Shown here one piece after another: positions 40,316-41,113 of a stretch of DNA of 41,113 nucleotides (position 1 is its first letter; every line of letters starts with the position of its first letter). Position numbers and translations under genes: made by a program. The stretch spans positions 610,958 to 652,070 of the forward strand of contig WELB01000012.1 in assembly GCA_009602725.1 (NCBI GenBank). Direction: 5' to 3'. This DNA is from Spirogloea muscicola. Taxonomy: Eukaryota. The notes under the pieces are model-generated. The model made no database searches, was not told where the DNA came from, and saw only the letters and a program-made list of their open reading frames with translations.

Positions 40316-40824
40316 CTCCTCACTCGTAACTTCTGAGTGGTCCATCCTCCCACGTTCTGATATAGCCTCTTCAGGCCCCTTAGTAGCTGCTTGCGTTTTA
40401 TAGGCCCCTCCATCATTTGGCCCATTCGAATCTTTGTCAATTCTTTCTCAGGCTGGCTTTTCACAGCCCTTGCCCCCATTGGGAGTGCCGCTTCTCTTTA
40501 CTCCACTCACTCGTAACTACTGAGTGGTCCATCCTCCCCCGTTCTGACATAGCAACTTCAGGCCCCTTAGTAGCTGCTTAGCGCTTTTTAGCCCCTTCGT
40601 ACCTTTGTCAATTCTCTCCCAGTCTCTCTGACCTGAGGCTGCTTAGCAGGGGTTACTGAGTGCTTCGTAGCTGCTTCGTTTCTTTCTAGTGCTTGTTGTT
40701 CTTCGTACTTCCCCTGGCCCCTTCTCGTCCTTTGTTCATTCTTTTCTGGGCTGGCTTTTTCCAGCCCCCTATCCTCAATGGGCGAGCCCTTCTCTCTTTT
40801 CACAGCCCTTGCCCCCACTTCTTC
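40313..40824 (+). mobile_element. Two head-to-tail subfamily-B insertions; the second is interrupted by a subfamily-H copy (40618-40797)
   Basis: C-termini RLLTRNF*, LTRNY* and PSLSDLRLLSRGY*, each followed by UTR; target sequence tactc(c)a(c/g)tc at 40255, 40499 and 40825. Confidence 0.88.
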
Positions 40825-41046
40825 TACTCCAGTCTCGTCCGGCCCACCCCGCGGGCTCGTGGCGGTGGGGCACAACGGCCACCACGTTCCGCGCACTGTC
40901 TCAGGTCTCGCTTCTCCAGCCACATTCCCCGAATCCCCTTTGACGAATACCGTACCGGCTGGCTTTGGCTTCCCTTTTGTTTCATCCGGACGAAGCGCCA
41001 TCCTTCCATTCCCTCGTGGCGGCATACCAAAGCTCCAGCGGCCTGC

Positions 41047-41113
41047 AGCCGCCGCCGCCACCGCCGCCGACGCTGCCGCCGCCTCCGCCGCCGCCGCGCC
41101 AGCCGCAGCCGCC
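41047..41113. repeat. GCC-rich tract at window end
   Basis: gccgccgccgccaccgccgccgacgctgccgccgcctccgccgccgccgcgcc. Confidence 0.85.

Overview
Eukaryotic, intron-rich, GC-rich genomic DNA from a green plant lineage, most likely a streptophyte alga (inferred from land-plant-like ISWI, DHDPS and AMSH sequences, TTTAGGG repeats and GCC-rich 5' regions). The centre (14.5-39.4 kb) holds five spliced housekeeping genes that I assembled by hand: a KLCR-type TPR protein (+), an AMSH JAMM deubiquitinase (-), plastid dihydrodipicolinate synthase (-), EF-1 beta (-) and an ISWI remodeller (+). The left 14 kb, the intergenic gaps and the right end are a dense nest of fragments from at least 6-7 subfamilies of one CRE-like, restriction-like-endonuclease (RLE) non-LTR retrotransposon lineage. 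Many fragments have clear 5-12 bp target-site duplications (TSDs). Highlights: (1) all subfamilies share a 3'-UTR stem-loop, and new copies repeatedly land in that stem-loop of older copies; (2) some TSD-flanked insertions are truncated at both ends, apparently by internal priming; (3) one insertion carries telomeric repeats inside its TSDs, at a site that was hit twice; (4) a decayed C5 DNA-methyltransferase relic of the retrotransposon-borne type lies buried in the nest; (5) there is a decayed secreted Cys-rich gene. Subfamily letters (A, B, C, D, F, H) are my own labels. All family calls come from motif recognition by eye; no database search was run.
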